Made by a program: the position numbers and the translations under genes. Positions 19,474 through 29,878 of a stretch of DNA of 64,000 nucleotides are shown in pieces. The notes under the pieces are model-generated. The model ran no database searches. It saw nothing but the letters and a program-made list of their open reading frames with translations, and was not told the origin of the DNA. The stretch is from the NCBI GenBank assembly GCA_964454835.1, contig CAYVTU010000001.1:22020-86019 (forward strand), in the 5' to 3' direction. How positions within the stretch are numbered: the first letter of the stretch is position 1; every line of letters begins with the position of its first letter. The stretch is from an uncultured Brachyspira sp. (GTDB lineage Bacteria; Spirochaetota; JAAYUW01).

Positions 19474-20265
19474 TTATTTAAACTCTCTTTTATAAATGAA
19501 AAACTTGATAATTAAATAAAGTAAAAAATTTAATAAAATATTACATAGAATAGATATAAAAGATTTATTATCTATGATTTTTGGTAAAATAAAAGGTTGT
19601 GTTGGAAAGTACATTTTATTTAAAGGATATAAAAATAAGGTTTTTAATTGAATTGCAAATAGAATAACAATAATATTAAATAAAATTCCAGCAGCTGATG
19701 ATAAGAAAAAAAAGCCAGAAATAAAAGAAAGATTTACAAATAAAAGTATTGATGGCAAAAGAACTAATAATTGTACAATAATATTTGTAATTATGTAAGA
19801 TGTTGGGAAAATCGAGTTATCAGAAAGCCTTGGGGGTCTTGAAGAGAAAATAAGCTTTGAACTCAATGACCAGCAAATAATTGTTAAGATAATACTTGAA
19901 ATAAAAATGAAGGTGGTCCAGAACAGAACTTTACCAAAATAATATGAAGTTTTTTTGGCTGATTGGGTAAAAAGAATATTTATTTTATTGCTTTTAATCT
20001 CATCTCTAATATCACTATCTATAAAAATACAAAATATTATTAATGAAATATAAAAGCAAAAATTGAAGGCAAATCCACCATATGAATAATTTAAAGGTAT
20101 ATTTTGATTTCCACTTAATCCTACTCTACCAAGATGCAATATAAAAGTTAATATCATTGAAATAAAAAGGAGTGTGAAAAAAAAGATATAAAGAGAAAGA
20201 TTTTTTTTTGATTTTATAAATTCTATTTTAAAAAAAGATAAAAGATATTTCATGTTTATCTCCAT
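19474..20265 (-). CDS. ABC-2 type exporter permease
   Basis: About 6 TM helices; N-terminal FFKIEFIK and C-terminal FIYKREFK typical of ABC-2 permeases; translationally coupled to the ATPase. Confidence 0.75.
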   Translation of the reverse strand: MEINMKYLLSFFKIEFIKSKKNLSLYIFFFTLLFISMILTFILHLGRVGLSGNQNIPLNYSYGGFAFNFCFYISLIIFCIFIDSDIRDEIKSNKINILFTQSAKKTSYYFGKVLFWTTFIFISSIILTIICWSLSSKLIFSSRPPRLSDNSIFPTSYIITNIIVQLLVLLPSILLFVNLSFISGFFFLSSAAGILFNIIVILFAIQLKTLFLYPLNKMYFPTQPFILPKIIDNKSFISILCNILLNFLLYLIIKFFIYKREFK

Positions 20266-21185
20266 TAGTTTTGGTTAAAAAAAAGTTCTTTTAAATGTCT
20301 TTGCATTGGTTCAATAAACAATAAAGAATCATAGTTTTCTTTAACATATTTATTGACGATAGTAATGTTATCTATTGAATCTTTCTCAAAGATTATTTGA
20401 ACTTTGTTTTCATCAAAGTTAATTGAAGCAGGATTAATATTAGAATTTTTAATAAAAATTTTAAAATCATCTTTTATTTTCTCATCAAGATTTTGAGCAA
20501 ATATATAGTTGACTCCAATTATTTTCAGAACTGAAAGAGATTGTTTATCCCCATCAAATTTTTTTAATCCTTTATGAATTATTACAATATGGTCTGCAAG
20601 TCTTTCTATTTCTTCAAGATAATGAGAAGAAAGTAAAATAGTGCAACCTTGGTTTTTTAATTTGGCAAAATATTTTTCGCAATAGTAAATACCATCAATA
20701 TCAAGACCATTTGTTGGTTCATCAAGAATTAGAAAGGTAGGGTTAAGTAATAGAGCACTGGAAAGAGCAAGTCTTTGTTTCATACCTCTGGAAAAAAATT
20801 TGACAGGTTTATAAATCCAATCCTGCAATCCTATTTCAGAAAGCACTTCATGAATTTTAGTTTTACTGGTTTTTTGATTTAACAAAGAAACAATGACAAG
20901 ATTTTCATACGCAGTTAGGTTTTCATAAAAATTTTGAGAATCAAAAATAAATGTTGTTTCTGATCTATCACCAATATTTTTTACCAATTTGCCTTTATAA
21001 AATAATTTTCCTGCGTAATCATAGAGTAAACCAGCAAGTATTTTTATTGTTGTGGTTTTTCCTGAACCATTTAGCCCTAGAAAACCTAAGATTTCTCCTT
21101 CTTTGACATCAAATGAAAGTTTATCTACCGCTTTAAATGAACCATATTCTTTTGTAATATCTTCTAATCTTAATAATGAATTCAT
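20265..21185 (-). CDS. ABC exporter ATP-binding protein (CcmA/GldA-like)
   Basis: GLNGSGKTT, FSRGMKQR, LILDEP and SSH. Confidence 0.93.
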   Translation of the reverse strand: MNSLLRLEDITKEYGSFKAVDKLSFDVKEGEILGFLGLNGSGKTTTIKILAGLLYDYAGKLFYKGKLVKNIGDRSETTFIFDSQNFYENLTAYENLVIVSLLNQKTSKTKIHEVLSEIGLQDWIYKPVKFFSRGMKQRLALSSALLLNPTFLILDEPTNGLDIDGIYYCEKYFAKLKNQGCTILLSSHYLEEIERLADHIVIIHKGLKKFDGDKQSLSVLKIIGVNYIFAQNLDEKIKDDFKIFIKNSNINPASINFDENKVQIIFEKDSIDNITIVNKYVKENYDSLLFIEPMQRHLKELFFNQN

Positions 21186-21208
21186 ATTTAACCCTTATAT
21201 TATATTAA

Positions 21209-22648
21209 TTAAAAAGAAAATCTTCTTGAAAGAAAGGTAAAATAAAATACACCATTTTCAAAACTTTTTTTCCAAAAATACTGTATTGTAATAGGTAATT
21301 CTAAAATATTTTTTATGGAGAAAGAAAAAACTATTCCAAGGCCATAACAATATTTAAAAATACTATTTGATTTGTTTATAAAAAGAAAATCAAATGAACC
21401 AATTAATCCAAGGTAAAGTATCTGTGTATTAATTATTTTAAAAACAATATCTGAAGAAGATGATAAAACAAAATCAGAAATTTCAGAAATCTGGTATGGT
21501 TCGCTTCTAAATGAAAAGGAATTAAAAATAGATGAATAAAAAAAAGTATAATAGTTTTTATTATATATTAAATCGATATTTAAACCATTGTTTGGGATAT
21601 TCCCAAAAAAGAATTCTTTTTGTTGAAAAAAATAAGAGAAACTCATTTTTGAAAAGATAGATATATTATTTTTTATCTTGATAAAAGAATCTGATGAAAA
21701 GGATAAATCTTCATATATATTTTTTTCTATATTATAAGAAAGGAAGATTGAGCAAGGATTTAACAAAAAAACAAAATTTTTCTCTTTTGAAATATATTTA
21801 TTAACTGTAAGACCTAACAAAAGATTACTTTCTATAAATTTATTATTCAAAGAAGAATAGAATGATATAAAATTGATGTTGAAGTAAAAACCTGGTAAAA
21901 AGGAAAAACCTGTTGAAGTTCCTATAATTGGATAATAATTTTCACTATCGTATGGATAAAAAGAAAAAATAGAAAAATAAAAAGGTATAAAAGATTTACC
22001 GAAAAAGTAATTAAAACTTCCAATCAAAAATTTTGAAAGCACAATTTCAGAAGAAAATTGATTTTGCAGTATTAAATTTATTTCAATAGATATTGAATCT
22101 TGTTCTTCCATTATTGAACTGATGACTCTTGAAACATAAGGATATTTAGATAATATTTCAATATCTTTTTCTAAGTATTTAGGGTTGAAAGCCTTGTTTT
22201 CTTTTAATTTCATCTTTGACTTAAATGATGAAAGATAGATATTTGAATTTTTTATCAATATTACTTTGACAGGTAAATTTTCAGTAACTTCAATTTTAAT
22301 AATAATACTTTTTGTTCTGTTTTCTGAATTAACAATATTACTATTTTCATCCGAAATTAACTTTTGTGAATTTTCTTCTATTGTTAAATTAATAGAAGAA
22401 AAATATCCCCAATTAGATATTTTATCATCCAGATTTATAAGTTGTTCTGCTAAATAGTTTTCACCAATTTTCAAATTTAAAAATTCGAGTATCTCTTTAT
22501 TTGAAATAGTTTTATTTCCAGAAATTAAAATATCTTCAATTTTATAAATTTGTTGGGCATTTAAATTTGATTGAATGAAGAAAAGAAGAAAAAAGAATAA
22601 TAAAAAATATATCTTTTTATTTTTAAAAAAATGAATTTTTTTCATCAA
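21209..22648 (-). CDS. Putative outer-membrane protein with two POTRA domains and an aromatic-rich C-terminal (barrel-like) region
   Basis: Signal peptide; IEDILISGNKTISNKEIL...KIGE...WGYFSSI resembles BamA POTRA1; second repeat KLKENKAFNPKYLEKDIEIL; terminal Phe (RRFSF). Confidence 0.6.
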   Translation of the reverse strand: MMKKIHFFKNKKIYFLLFFFLLFFIQSNLNAQQIYKIEDILISGNKTISNKEILEFLNLKIGENYLAEQLINLDDKISNWGYFSSINLTIEENSQKLISDENSNIVNSENRTKSIIIKIEVTENLPVKVILIKNSNIYLSSFKSKMKLKENKAFNPKYLEKDIEILSKYPYVSRVISSIMEEQDSISIEINLILQNQFSSEIVLSKFLIGSFNYFFGKSFIPFYFSIFSFYPYDSENYYPIIGTSTGFSFLPGFYFNINFISFYSSLNNKFIESNLLLGLTVNKYISKEKNFVFLLNPCSIFLSYNIEKNIYEDLSFSSDSFIKIKNNISIFSKMSFSYFFQQKEFFFGNIPNNGLNIDLIYNKNYYTFFYSSIFNSFSFRSEPYQISEISDFVLSSSSDIVFKIINTQILYLGLIGSFDFLFINKSNSIFKYCYGLGIVFSFSIKNILELPITIQYFWKKSFENGVFYFTFLSRRFSF

Positions 22649-22689
22649 CTTTCTCTTTTAATTTATTAAGACCAGTTAAAAAAAAACAG

Positions 22690-24252
22690 TTATAAAGAAA
22701 TTGTTGTAAAAAATAGTTTCCCCTGCCTTTTGATTATATTTATTAAATAAAACTGATTACTTTCTTTAATTATTAATGTGTATGGGCCAGAAAGGTAATA
22801 TACTGTCAAGAATTCATTTGATACAGGGATAATGAAATTTTCTTTTTTTTGAAAAATAGTAGATGATGTTGAATTAGAAAGAAAAATTGAAAAAGAACCA
22901 TCGAAATTATAGACAACATAATCAATTATTGAATCAGAATTGAAATCTGTATCATAATTAACGACAATTTCTGAGATAATTGCAGCGAGATCTAATGTCG
23001 AATAAAAGTCAAAAGAAAGCTGAGATGAATCGAGAACGTTTTGATTATCTAAAGAAATTCCTTTTTCAATTTGTAATATAGGTGCCTTTGAAAAACTATC
23101 ATTTAGTTGTGGGTAAAATGATATATATATAGGAATAGATCTTTTCATTGAAAGTGACAGTAGAAAATTTGAAGAGAATAACTTCGAACCAATATTTACA
23201 AGATCTATGTTCCCATCTTTATTGAAATCGTTAAAAACAATCTTACTTTCAAGTCCTGATAAATCCTCTATAAAGAACTGATTTGAAGGAGAAGAAGTCC
23301 ATCCTTCTTTATTCCCTTTGAAAAGGTAACAGAGTATGCCTGTTTTATCTGCATTAAAAACAGAAGCCATATTGAAGTTAAAGATTAGAATATCTGGGAA
23401 ATTATCTTTATTAAAGTTTATTATTTTAATATGTTCATTAAAGAAAGAATAACCCGAGCGAACAGATATATATTTAGAAAGATCAAGAATTTTACCTCTT
23501 GTAAATTGCTTGGAATTAATATCATAAAATGAATATTCAATTTTTGTTCTATATTTTAATATTAAATCTTTATATCCATCATTATTTATATCTTCTAATA
23601 TTAAATCAGGGAAAATCATAAGTATATTTTGTGATCCCGAAATTCCTCCAAAAGATGATTTATAGTTATAATATGCTTGAATCTGATATGGGTAATTTTG
23701 AACTGATTTGCCATTCTCGAATATTTCAATGGTGCTTGTCGTTAGCAAAAAGATTTCATCAAGACCATCATTATTGAAATCATATCCAACTTTTATAAAA
23801 GGAAAATCATTTGAAAAATGATAACCAAAGGCTAGTCTTTTAAGATTTAAATATTTTTCTATCTTATAACCAGATTCAGATATTTTGACTATCGATGCAG
23901 AATTATCATCAAATAGGATAATAGAACTATATTTATTATCTAATTTTGCTATTGAATAAAATATATAAGATGGATCAATTTCAACATCTACTAATTTTTG
24001 TACTTTATTTTTTTCAAGAGAAATAACCGTTATACCAAGATTTTTACTGATAACATTTCTATAAATACAGATGATTTCTTCTGCTGATTCACCATATATG
24101 TTTGCTTTTGAATATCTTATTATTTCACCATTTGTGGTTAAAGATGATGTTTGGCTTTTATTTGTTTGAGAAAAAGTGTAGTATATGAAAGCAAAAATTA
24201 GAATAATTGAAATTAAATATAGTAAAAACCTGTTATTTAATTTGACTTTCAT
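22690..24252 (-). CDS. Exported FG-GAP/VCBS repeat protein
   Basis: N-terminal TM/signal; Ca-binding-like loops DFNNDGLDE, DINNDGYKD, NFNKDNFPD, DFNKDGNID and DFNSDSIID. Confidence 0.8.
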   Translation of the reverse strand: MKVKLNNRFLLYLISIILIFAFIYYTFSQTNKSQTSSLTTNGEIIRYSKANIYGESAEEIICIYRNVISKNLGITVISLEKNKVQKLVDVEIDPSYIFYSIAKLDNKYSSIILFDDNSASIVKISESGYKIEKYLNLKRLAFGYHFSNDFPFIKVGYDFNNDGLDEIFLLTTSTIEIFENGKSVQNYPYQIQAYYNYKSSFGGISGSQNILMIFPDLILEDINNDGYKDLILKYRTKIEYSFYDINSKQFTRGKILDLSKYISVRSGYSFFNEHIKIINFNKDNFPDILIFNFNMASVFNADKTGILCYLFKGNKEGWTSSPSNQFFIEDLSGLESKIVFNDFNKDGNIDLVNIGSKLFSSNFLLSLSMKRSIPIYISFYPQLNDSFSKAPILQIEKGISLDNQNVLDSSQLSFDFYSTLDLAAIISEIVVNYDTDFNSDSIIDYVVYNFDGSFSIFLSNSTSSTIFQKKENFIIPVSNEFLTVYYLSGPYTLIIKESNQFYLINIIKRQGKLFFTTISL

Positions 24253-24474
24253 TTTGAATTCCTTTAACTTTATTTAAGACTAGTAACTTTATTATAAGAT
24301 TATGAAATAATCTTTTTCTTTATATTAGTAAAAATTAAATAATCTCTAAATAACTAATTTTATATTTCAATAAATAGTGATTCATTCGATAAATTAAAAA
24401 GGTATATAAATATATATACGATATAAATTAAAATATCAAATAATGATATTTTTTAAAGTTAAAATTTATAAATT

Positions 24475-27033
24475 ATGAAACTTGGTGTAATTAAAGAATT
24501 TTATTTTGATTTTCTTTTATTCATAAAACAAAAAGGATTTTTCAAAGATATAGAAATTTTAATATATCCTTTTGAAAATTTTAATGAATTAGATATTGCT
24601 TTAAAAAATGAAAACATAGATATTGCTCTTACTACTAGTTCAATATTGCAAGAAGATTCAGATATTGATGTAATTATTTTTCAGAAAAAAGCATTTAAAA
24701 TATTTGGAGCACAAAATAGTATTGAAAAGATGAAAAAACCAGATGAATTATTAAAAGTAGGAGTTCCACAAAAGAATATAACCTTTAAAAAATATTTTTA
24801 TTCATTTTATAAGTCTTTTTTTGGTAAGAGTGAAAAAATACAGTGGTTACAGATAAGTGATAAAGATTTAGAAATATTATTTGAGCAAAATTTCCTGGAT
24901 TTTGCCATTGTTTTTGAACCTTTTACCTTTAATTTAATAAATAAAAGGGTCTCATCTCTTATTGTCCATAAAAATAATAGTGAAATTCAGCTTGTTTTTG
25001 CTTATAAAAAAAATAAATTTGACAACGATAAACTTAAAAATTTTTATCATTCTATTTCTAATATTAAAAAATTCATAAAAAATAATAACTTAATAAAAGA
25101 TTTTATAGATAAAACTTCAAGCCAATACTCATATCTTGAGAATTATAGAGAAATCTTTGCCCAGAATTTTTATATAAATAATGATGATAACTTTGTTGAA
25201 AGAGAAAGAATTTATAACAAAAGAAATGAAATAATTAACATAAAAAATGACCAAATAATTGAATATGAAATAAATGCAAATATATCCTCAAATGAAGATT
25301 TATTAAAAATGCTTAAAGTAGAAATAAATAAAATAATTCAATATGGGACAAAACAAATTTCTGAATGTAAAACAGGAAAAATTAATGAAATTATTTTATT
25401 AAAAGCGCTTGTTGAAAATTTTATAAATAAAGAAAAAAGCAATGAATTGAAAATTTCAGCATTAAAAAATAAAAACAGGCTATTGATAGATGACCTCGAA
25501 AATAGGCAGAAGACTCTTTCAGATTTATTTATGCAGTTTAGAGCAACTTCTGAAAATCTAATGATTAAAAACATTCAAGTCGAGGAATCGATTAAAGAAA
25601 AAGACAGGTTGATAGCCATTATTAGCCATGACCTAAAAACACCTTTGTCGGGTATTTTAGCATTATCACAACAACTTTTGGATAATGAATATGATGAAGA
25701 AAAAATTCAAAAACTTTCTATCATATTAGAATCTGGTAATACTTTGCTGCAATTAATCAATAATTTATTGGAAAATGCTAAAGAAATTTCTATATCAAAA
25801 AAATTAGATGAAAAAGTTTTTGATTTAAATAATCTAGTTGATTCTGTTGTTGCAAATATAAAAGAAAAGATAAAGACTAAACCTATAGATTTTAAATATA
25901 ATATAGATGATAACATTCCGGGTGTTTTATTTGGTGATCCATTAAAAATAAATCAAATATTATATAATTTATTGGGGAATTCAGCAAAATTTACCAATAA
26001 AGGATATATTGAATTAAAGATAAAACTTCTAGAAAAAGGAACTGATAATTGTAAAATAATGATAAAAATCGAAGATACTGGAATTGGTATCTCAGAGGAC
26101 AAGATTCAACATATTTTTGAGCCTTTTGTCCAGGAAGATGATACTATTAAAGAGAAATTTGGTGGCACAGGACTTGGCTTATCAATAGTAAAAGATTATA
26201 TTGAGCTTATGGGTGGGAAAATAATTTGTGAATCTAAAAAAAATGAAGGTACATTATTCACAATTTATCTTTCTTTTAAAATACCAGAGAAAAAGGAGTT
26301 ATTGGAAAAAATTGAAAATATTCATAAATATATAGCATTTGAGAAATCAAACTTATTGGTTTTAGAAGATAATATAATAAATCAAGAGATATTAAAGGGT
26401 TATCTTTCAGATTATGATTCGTTGAATTTGACTTTTAAGACAGATGGTGAAGAAGGTCTTAAAGAAGTTAAAAATAATAAATTCGATATTATTTTATCAG
26501 ATATAATGATGCCAAAAATGGATGGGAAAGAATTTTGTATAAATTTTAGAAAATTTGATAAAGAGACTCCTTTAATTGCTTTGACTGCTTTCGATAGAAA
26601 AGTTGAAATAGATGAATTGATGAAAATTGGTTTTAACTCAATTATTTTAAAGCCATTTAAAAAGGAAGAACTGGTAGATGGGCTTTCAAAGTATATAAAA
26701 GTTAAAGAAATATTGGATGATGAGAAGAAACTTTTTGATCTCATTGAGAAATCAAAGAAATCTAATAAAATAGACAAATTTAAAAAGTTATTTTTAAATG
26801 ATTTAAAAAATAGGTATGCAGAATTTAAAGCCGGACTTGAAAATAAAGATAAAGAAAAAATGAAGTTTTTCTGTCATAATCTTAAAGGCATAGCGCCAAC
26901 CCTTGGTTATTCCGAATTCGCAGATATAGCTGAAAAGGCTTCTATACTATATAAAGAAGATAGATGGGATGAACTAAAAAAAATTAAAGACCTATTTTTT
27001 GAAAAAATAGATAATATTATAAATGCTTTATAA
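24475..27033 (+). CDS. Soluble hybrid sensor kinase: PBP2/NMT1-like sensor, HisKA, HATPase, REC, Hpt
   Basis: SHDLKTPL, NLLGNSAKF, DTGIG, GGTGLGL, LEDN..SDIMMPKMDG..KPF and CHNLKG; no signal peptide or TM segment. Confidence 0.9.
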   Translation: MKLGVIKEFYFDFLLFIKQKGFFKDIEILIYPFENFNELDIALKNENIDIALTTSSILQEDSDIDVIIFQKKAFKIFGAQNSIEKMKKPDELLKVGVPQKNITFKKYFYSFYKSFFGKSEKIQWLQISDKDLEILFEQNFLDFAIVFEPFTFNLINKRVSSLIVHKNNSEIQLVFAYKKNKFDNDKLKNFYHSISNIKKFIKNNNLIKDFIDKTSSQYSYLENYREIFAQNFYINNDDNFVERERIYNKRNEIINIKNDQIIEYEINANISSNEDLLKMLKVEINKIIQYGTKQISECKTGKINEIILLKALVENFINKEKSNELKISALKNKNRLLIDDLENRQKTLSDLFMQFRATSENLMIKNIQVEESIKEKDRLIAIISHDLKTPLSGILALSQQLLDNEYDEEKIQKLSIILESGNTLLQLINNLLENAKEISISKKLDEKVFDLNNLVDSVVANIKEKIKTKPIDFKYNIDDNIPGVLFGDPLKINQILYNLLGNSAKFTNKGYIELKIKLLEKGTDNCKIMIKIEDTGIGISEDKIQHIFEPFVQEDDTIKEKFGGTGLGLSIVKDYIELMGGKIICESKKNEGTLFTIYLSFKIPEKKELLEKIENIHKYIAFEKSNLLVLEDNIINQEILKGYLSDYDSLNLTFKTDGEEGLKEVKNNKFDIILSDIMMPKMDGKEFCINFRKFDKETPLIALTAFDRKVEIDELMKIGFNSIILKPFKKEELVDGLSKYIKVKEILDDEKKLFDLIEKSKKSNKIDKFKKLFLNDLKNRYAEFKAGLENKDKEKMKFFCHNLKGIAPTLGYSEFADIAEKASILYKEDRWDELKKIKDLFFEKIDNIINAL

Positions 27034-27057
27034 TTTAAATAAAATAATATAAAAAAG

Positions 27058-28701
27058 CTATTTAAATTTAACCTTATGTTCCTGATCATCAAAATAAAAT
27101 GTTATTGGTCCACTCATCTCTTTTTTATTAATATATGTCTCTTCTCCGAATTTGATAGTAACACCTTCATATATTCTTGTTTTTATAGAAACAACCGCAT
27201 CCTTGAAAGTGACTGACTTTCTTAGTGCATTGACCGTTGATTCTATCTCTTTTTGTTTATCGATAAGGTTAAAAAATAAGTCAATCTTTTTCTCAAACTC
27301 ATCTAATTTACTGTCGGGTAATTTCGAAAGAAAGCCTTCGGGATCTTTAAAATAATTTTCACCAATTGATAATTTTGCTTGTTTTAATTTGTATGCAATT
27401 GCTATAGATTGTTGCTTCAATTCAGTTAATTTGTTTTCTCTTTCAATATCTACACCGACAATCAATGTTGTTGGAACAGAAAGTTTTGAACCTACTTCAT
27501 TTACATATATCCCCTGAGATGCAAATATTTCTCCACCAATTATGATAGCTTTACCAATGCCTTTAAGTGAACCACCACAATTTATTTTAGAATGTAGAAT
27601 TGAGTTTGTAAATTGAAGGTTTTTCTCACATCTTATAACACTATTTTCAATATATTCGCAGGTAAGATTCCCCTTAACAATAATACTGTTTTTTTGGGCT
27701 TCTCCTGTTATTCCATGGCGAATAGAACAATTGCCACCAACCTTAATATTAGAATTAAAAACTGCATCTTCTACTATGAGATCAGCAGAAGTTTCCACAT
27801 TAAAACCAGGATTGATTTTCCCAACTATATGTATTGAAGATTCAGATTTTATATTTCCAGTAGAAAGATCTACATCTTTTTCAATTTTAATGACATTTGA
27901 TATTGAAATTTTATTAAATTCATCAACTTCAATTATTCCATTTATTTCTGCAACTACCTTATCTCCTACTGCTTTTAAGTTCTTACCCAACTGATATCCA
28001 GAAGTCTTTTCAGTAACCGGGTATATTTCATTACCAAAAACATCGTAACCTTTTTGAGGTTTTTTACCCGGGATATAATCACCAATAATATCACCTGCTT
28101 TAACATTCAAGTACTTTTCTCTTTCTTTGAAATCGATTGTTCCATCATCTTTTAATTTACCTGCTTTTTCATGCAAATCGAAAAAAGGTCTTACCTCTTC
28201 TTCTTTTCCATGTATTGGTTCTGTCCCTTTTGCAATGAGAATTATTATTCCATAACCCTTTTTTGCATATTCGAAGGCTTTCTGGATATTTTCTTCGGAA
28301 GTGATATTAACAATATTTCTCTCTTTTATAGCTTCAAAAATATAGCTAACAGATAAATTTGAAGATGTTTTAAGATTTAATGGAGGTAGTAATAAATAAG
28401 CATAAAGATCATTTTTTAAAGTAACTATAAAATCAACTACATTAATCTTTATACCACCAAATTCAACAAATCCTGTTTTTTTTACACAAAATCCACCAAG
28501 CCCTTCATTATAATATATATCATCGCCCTGAAAATAGTTTTCGATCCCTTCACCTTGAATAATAATTTCATCAGCGAAAAAAAAGTTGTTTTGAAGTTGT
28601 TGATAAAGAGATTGATTTTTAGAATCCTGTAATATCTGTTTTATTAATTTTCTAACCTGTACAGATTTATCGAAGAAAAATATAGCGTCTTTAACTCCCA
28701 T
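27058..28701 (-). CDS. FapA/DUF342 family flagellar assembly protein
   Basis: IAKGTEPIHG, DFKE..NVKAGD, GYDVFG, VDLSTGNI; beta-helix-like region and coiled-coil tail. Confidence 0.85.
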   Translation of the reverse strand: MGVKDAIFFFDKSVQVRKLIKQILQDSKNQSLYQQLQNNFFFADEIIIQGEGIENYFQGDDIYYNEGLGGFCVKKTGFVEFGGIKINVVDFIVTLKNDLYAYLLLPPLNLKTSSNLSVSYIFEAIKERNIVNITSEENIQKAFEYAKKGYGIIILIAKGTEPIHGKEEEVRPFFDLHEKAGKLKDDGTIDFKEREKYLNVKAGDIIGDYIPGKKPQKGYDVFGNEIYPVTEKTSGYQLGKNLKAVGDKVVAEINGIIEVDEFNKISISNVIKIEKDVDLSTGNIKSESSIHIVGKINPGFNVETSADLIVEDAVFNSNIKVGGNCSIRHGITGEAQKNSIIVKGNLTCEYIENSVIRCEKNLQFTNSILHSKINCGGSLKGIGKAIIIGGEIFASQGIYVNEVGSKLSVPTTLIVGVDIERENKLTELKQQSIAIAYKLKQAKLSIGENYFKDPEGFLSKLPDSKLDEFEKKIDLFFNLIDKQKEIESTVNALRKSVTFKDAVVSIKTRIYEGVTIKFGEETYINKKEMSGPITFYFDDQEHKVKFK

Positions 28702-28740
28702 ATAATATCCTTATCGGTAAATTATTAAAAGCTAAATACT

Positions 28741-29667
28741 TTAATTTATTTTGAAGATAGCCCAGATTAGATTAATATCATACTTTTTAAAAAGTAATTT
28801 TTCATAAAGACTTTGAGCTTTGTTGTTCGTCATTCTTACAAACAATGATGCCTCTTTCATCTCAAGATTTGTAAAAGAATATAGAAGCATTTTATAAAGC
28901 AGAGTGTATGCATAATGTTTATTTCTATTTACTTGCTCAACATAAACTCCACCAATTTGAAAAATTTTATCAGAAAATGCATTCCACTCACATTTGGCAA
29001 TAGCTAAAAAATCTTTTTGAAGGAAAAATAATCTGTAATTCTTCAAAATTTTAAGTAAATTAAAAAAAATAAATTTTTCTGAGAGTATCTGGCTGGGGTA
29101 CTGCATTTCCTCAAAAAGATAACCTTTTTGAAGACTTAATAGTTTTATAATATCTTTTCTAGATGTTGCAAAACAGAAGTTTAAATTTTCGTTTTGATTT
29201 ATTCTTTTTTCTAACTCATCTTTTTGAGAAAGAAAAATATCTTTCTTTAAAGTATATACATAATATTCATTCATCTCAATAAGTTTAGAAAGTAAATTAG
29301 AATTATTATGGAACAGTTTTTTAGAGGAAATACTATCAGTTCCTAAGTATTGTATCCCTTTTCCTATATCATTAAGATTATTTGTAGAAAATAGAGTATA
29401 ATTAAAAAGAGCAATACCCTCTTCATTTATGGGGAAAAAATGAAGTTCACCATTGAATTTATTATAAGCTGAAATAAACATCGGTTCTTTTTTCATAAAG
29501 TTATCTGGTAAAATATAGGTAAATTTTTCTGAATTACTATAAACGGCGTGATGCAAATAGATATTCTTGCATCCATAATTTTCAAGAATAGATAGAAGAT
29601 AAAGTTTTTCAGATAAATTCAATGAATTCTTAATGATAAATTCTTTTTCCATTAAAGTCTTATTCAT
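28741..29667 (-). CDS. GNAT family acetyltransferase (C-terminal GNAT domain)
   Basis: QIGGVYV..NRNKHYA..LFVRMTNNKAQSLYEKLLF. Confidence 0.75.
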   Translation of the reverse strand: MNKTLMEKEFIIKNSLNLSEKLYLLSILENYGCKNIYLHHAVYSNSEKFTYILPDNFMKKEPMFISAYNKFNGELHFFPINEEGIALFNYTLFSTNNLNDIGKGIQYLGTDSISSKKLFHNNSNLLSKLIEMNEYYVYTLKKDIFLSQKDELEKRINQNENLNFCFATSRKDIIKLLSLQKGYLFEEMQYPSQILSEKFIFFNLLKILKNYRLFFLQKDFLAIAKCEWNAFSDKIFQIGGVYVEQVNRNKHYAYTLLYKMLLYSFTNLEMKEASLFVRMTNNKAQSLYEKLLFKKYDINLIWAIFKIN

Positions 29668-29878
29668 GAATGTAAAAAAATAAAAAATTTTAAAATAAAT
29701 CTACTAAATTATCAAGATAATTCACTAAAACAAATTTATTACATATTTTAGAAATTTATAGTCAATTTTTAAAAATATTTTGCCAAAATTAAATAATATT
29801 ACATTTCGAGATATTGTAAAGAAGAGATATTAAATTATAGTTTTATTTGTGATTAAATAAAAGTAGAATGAGCTAAAA

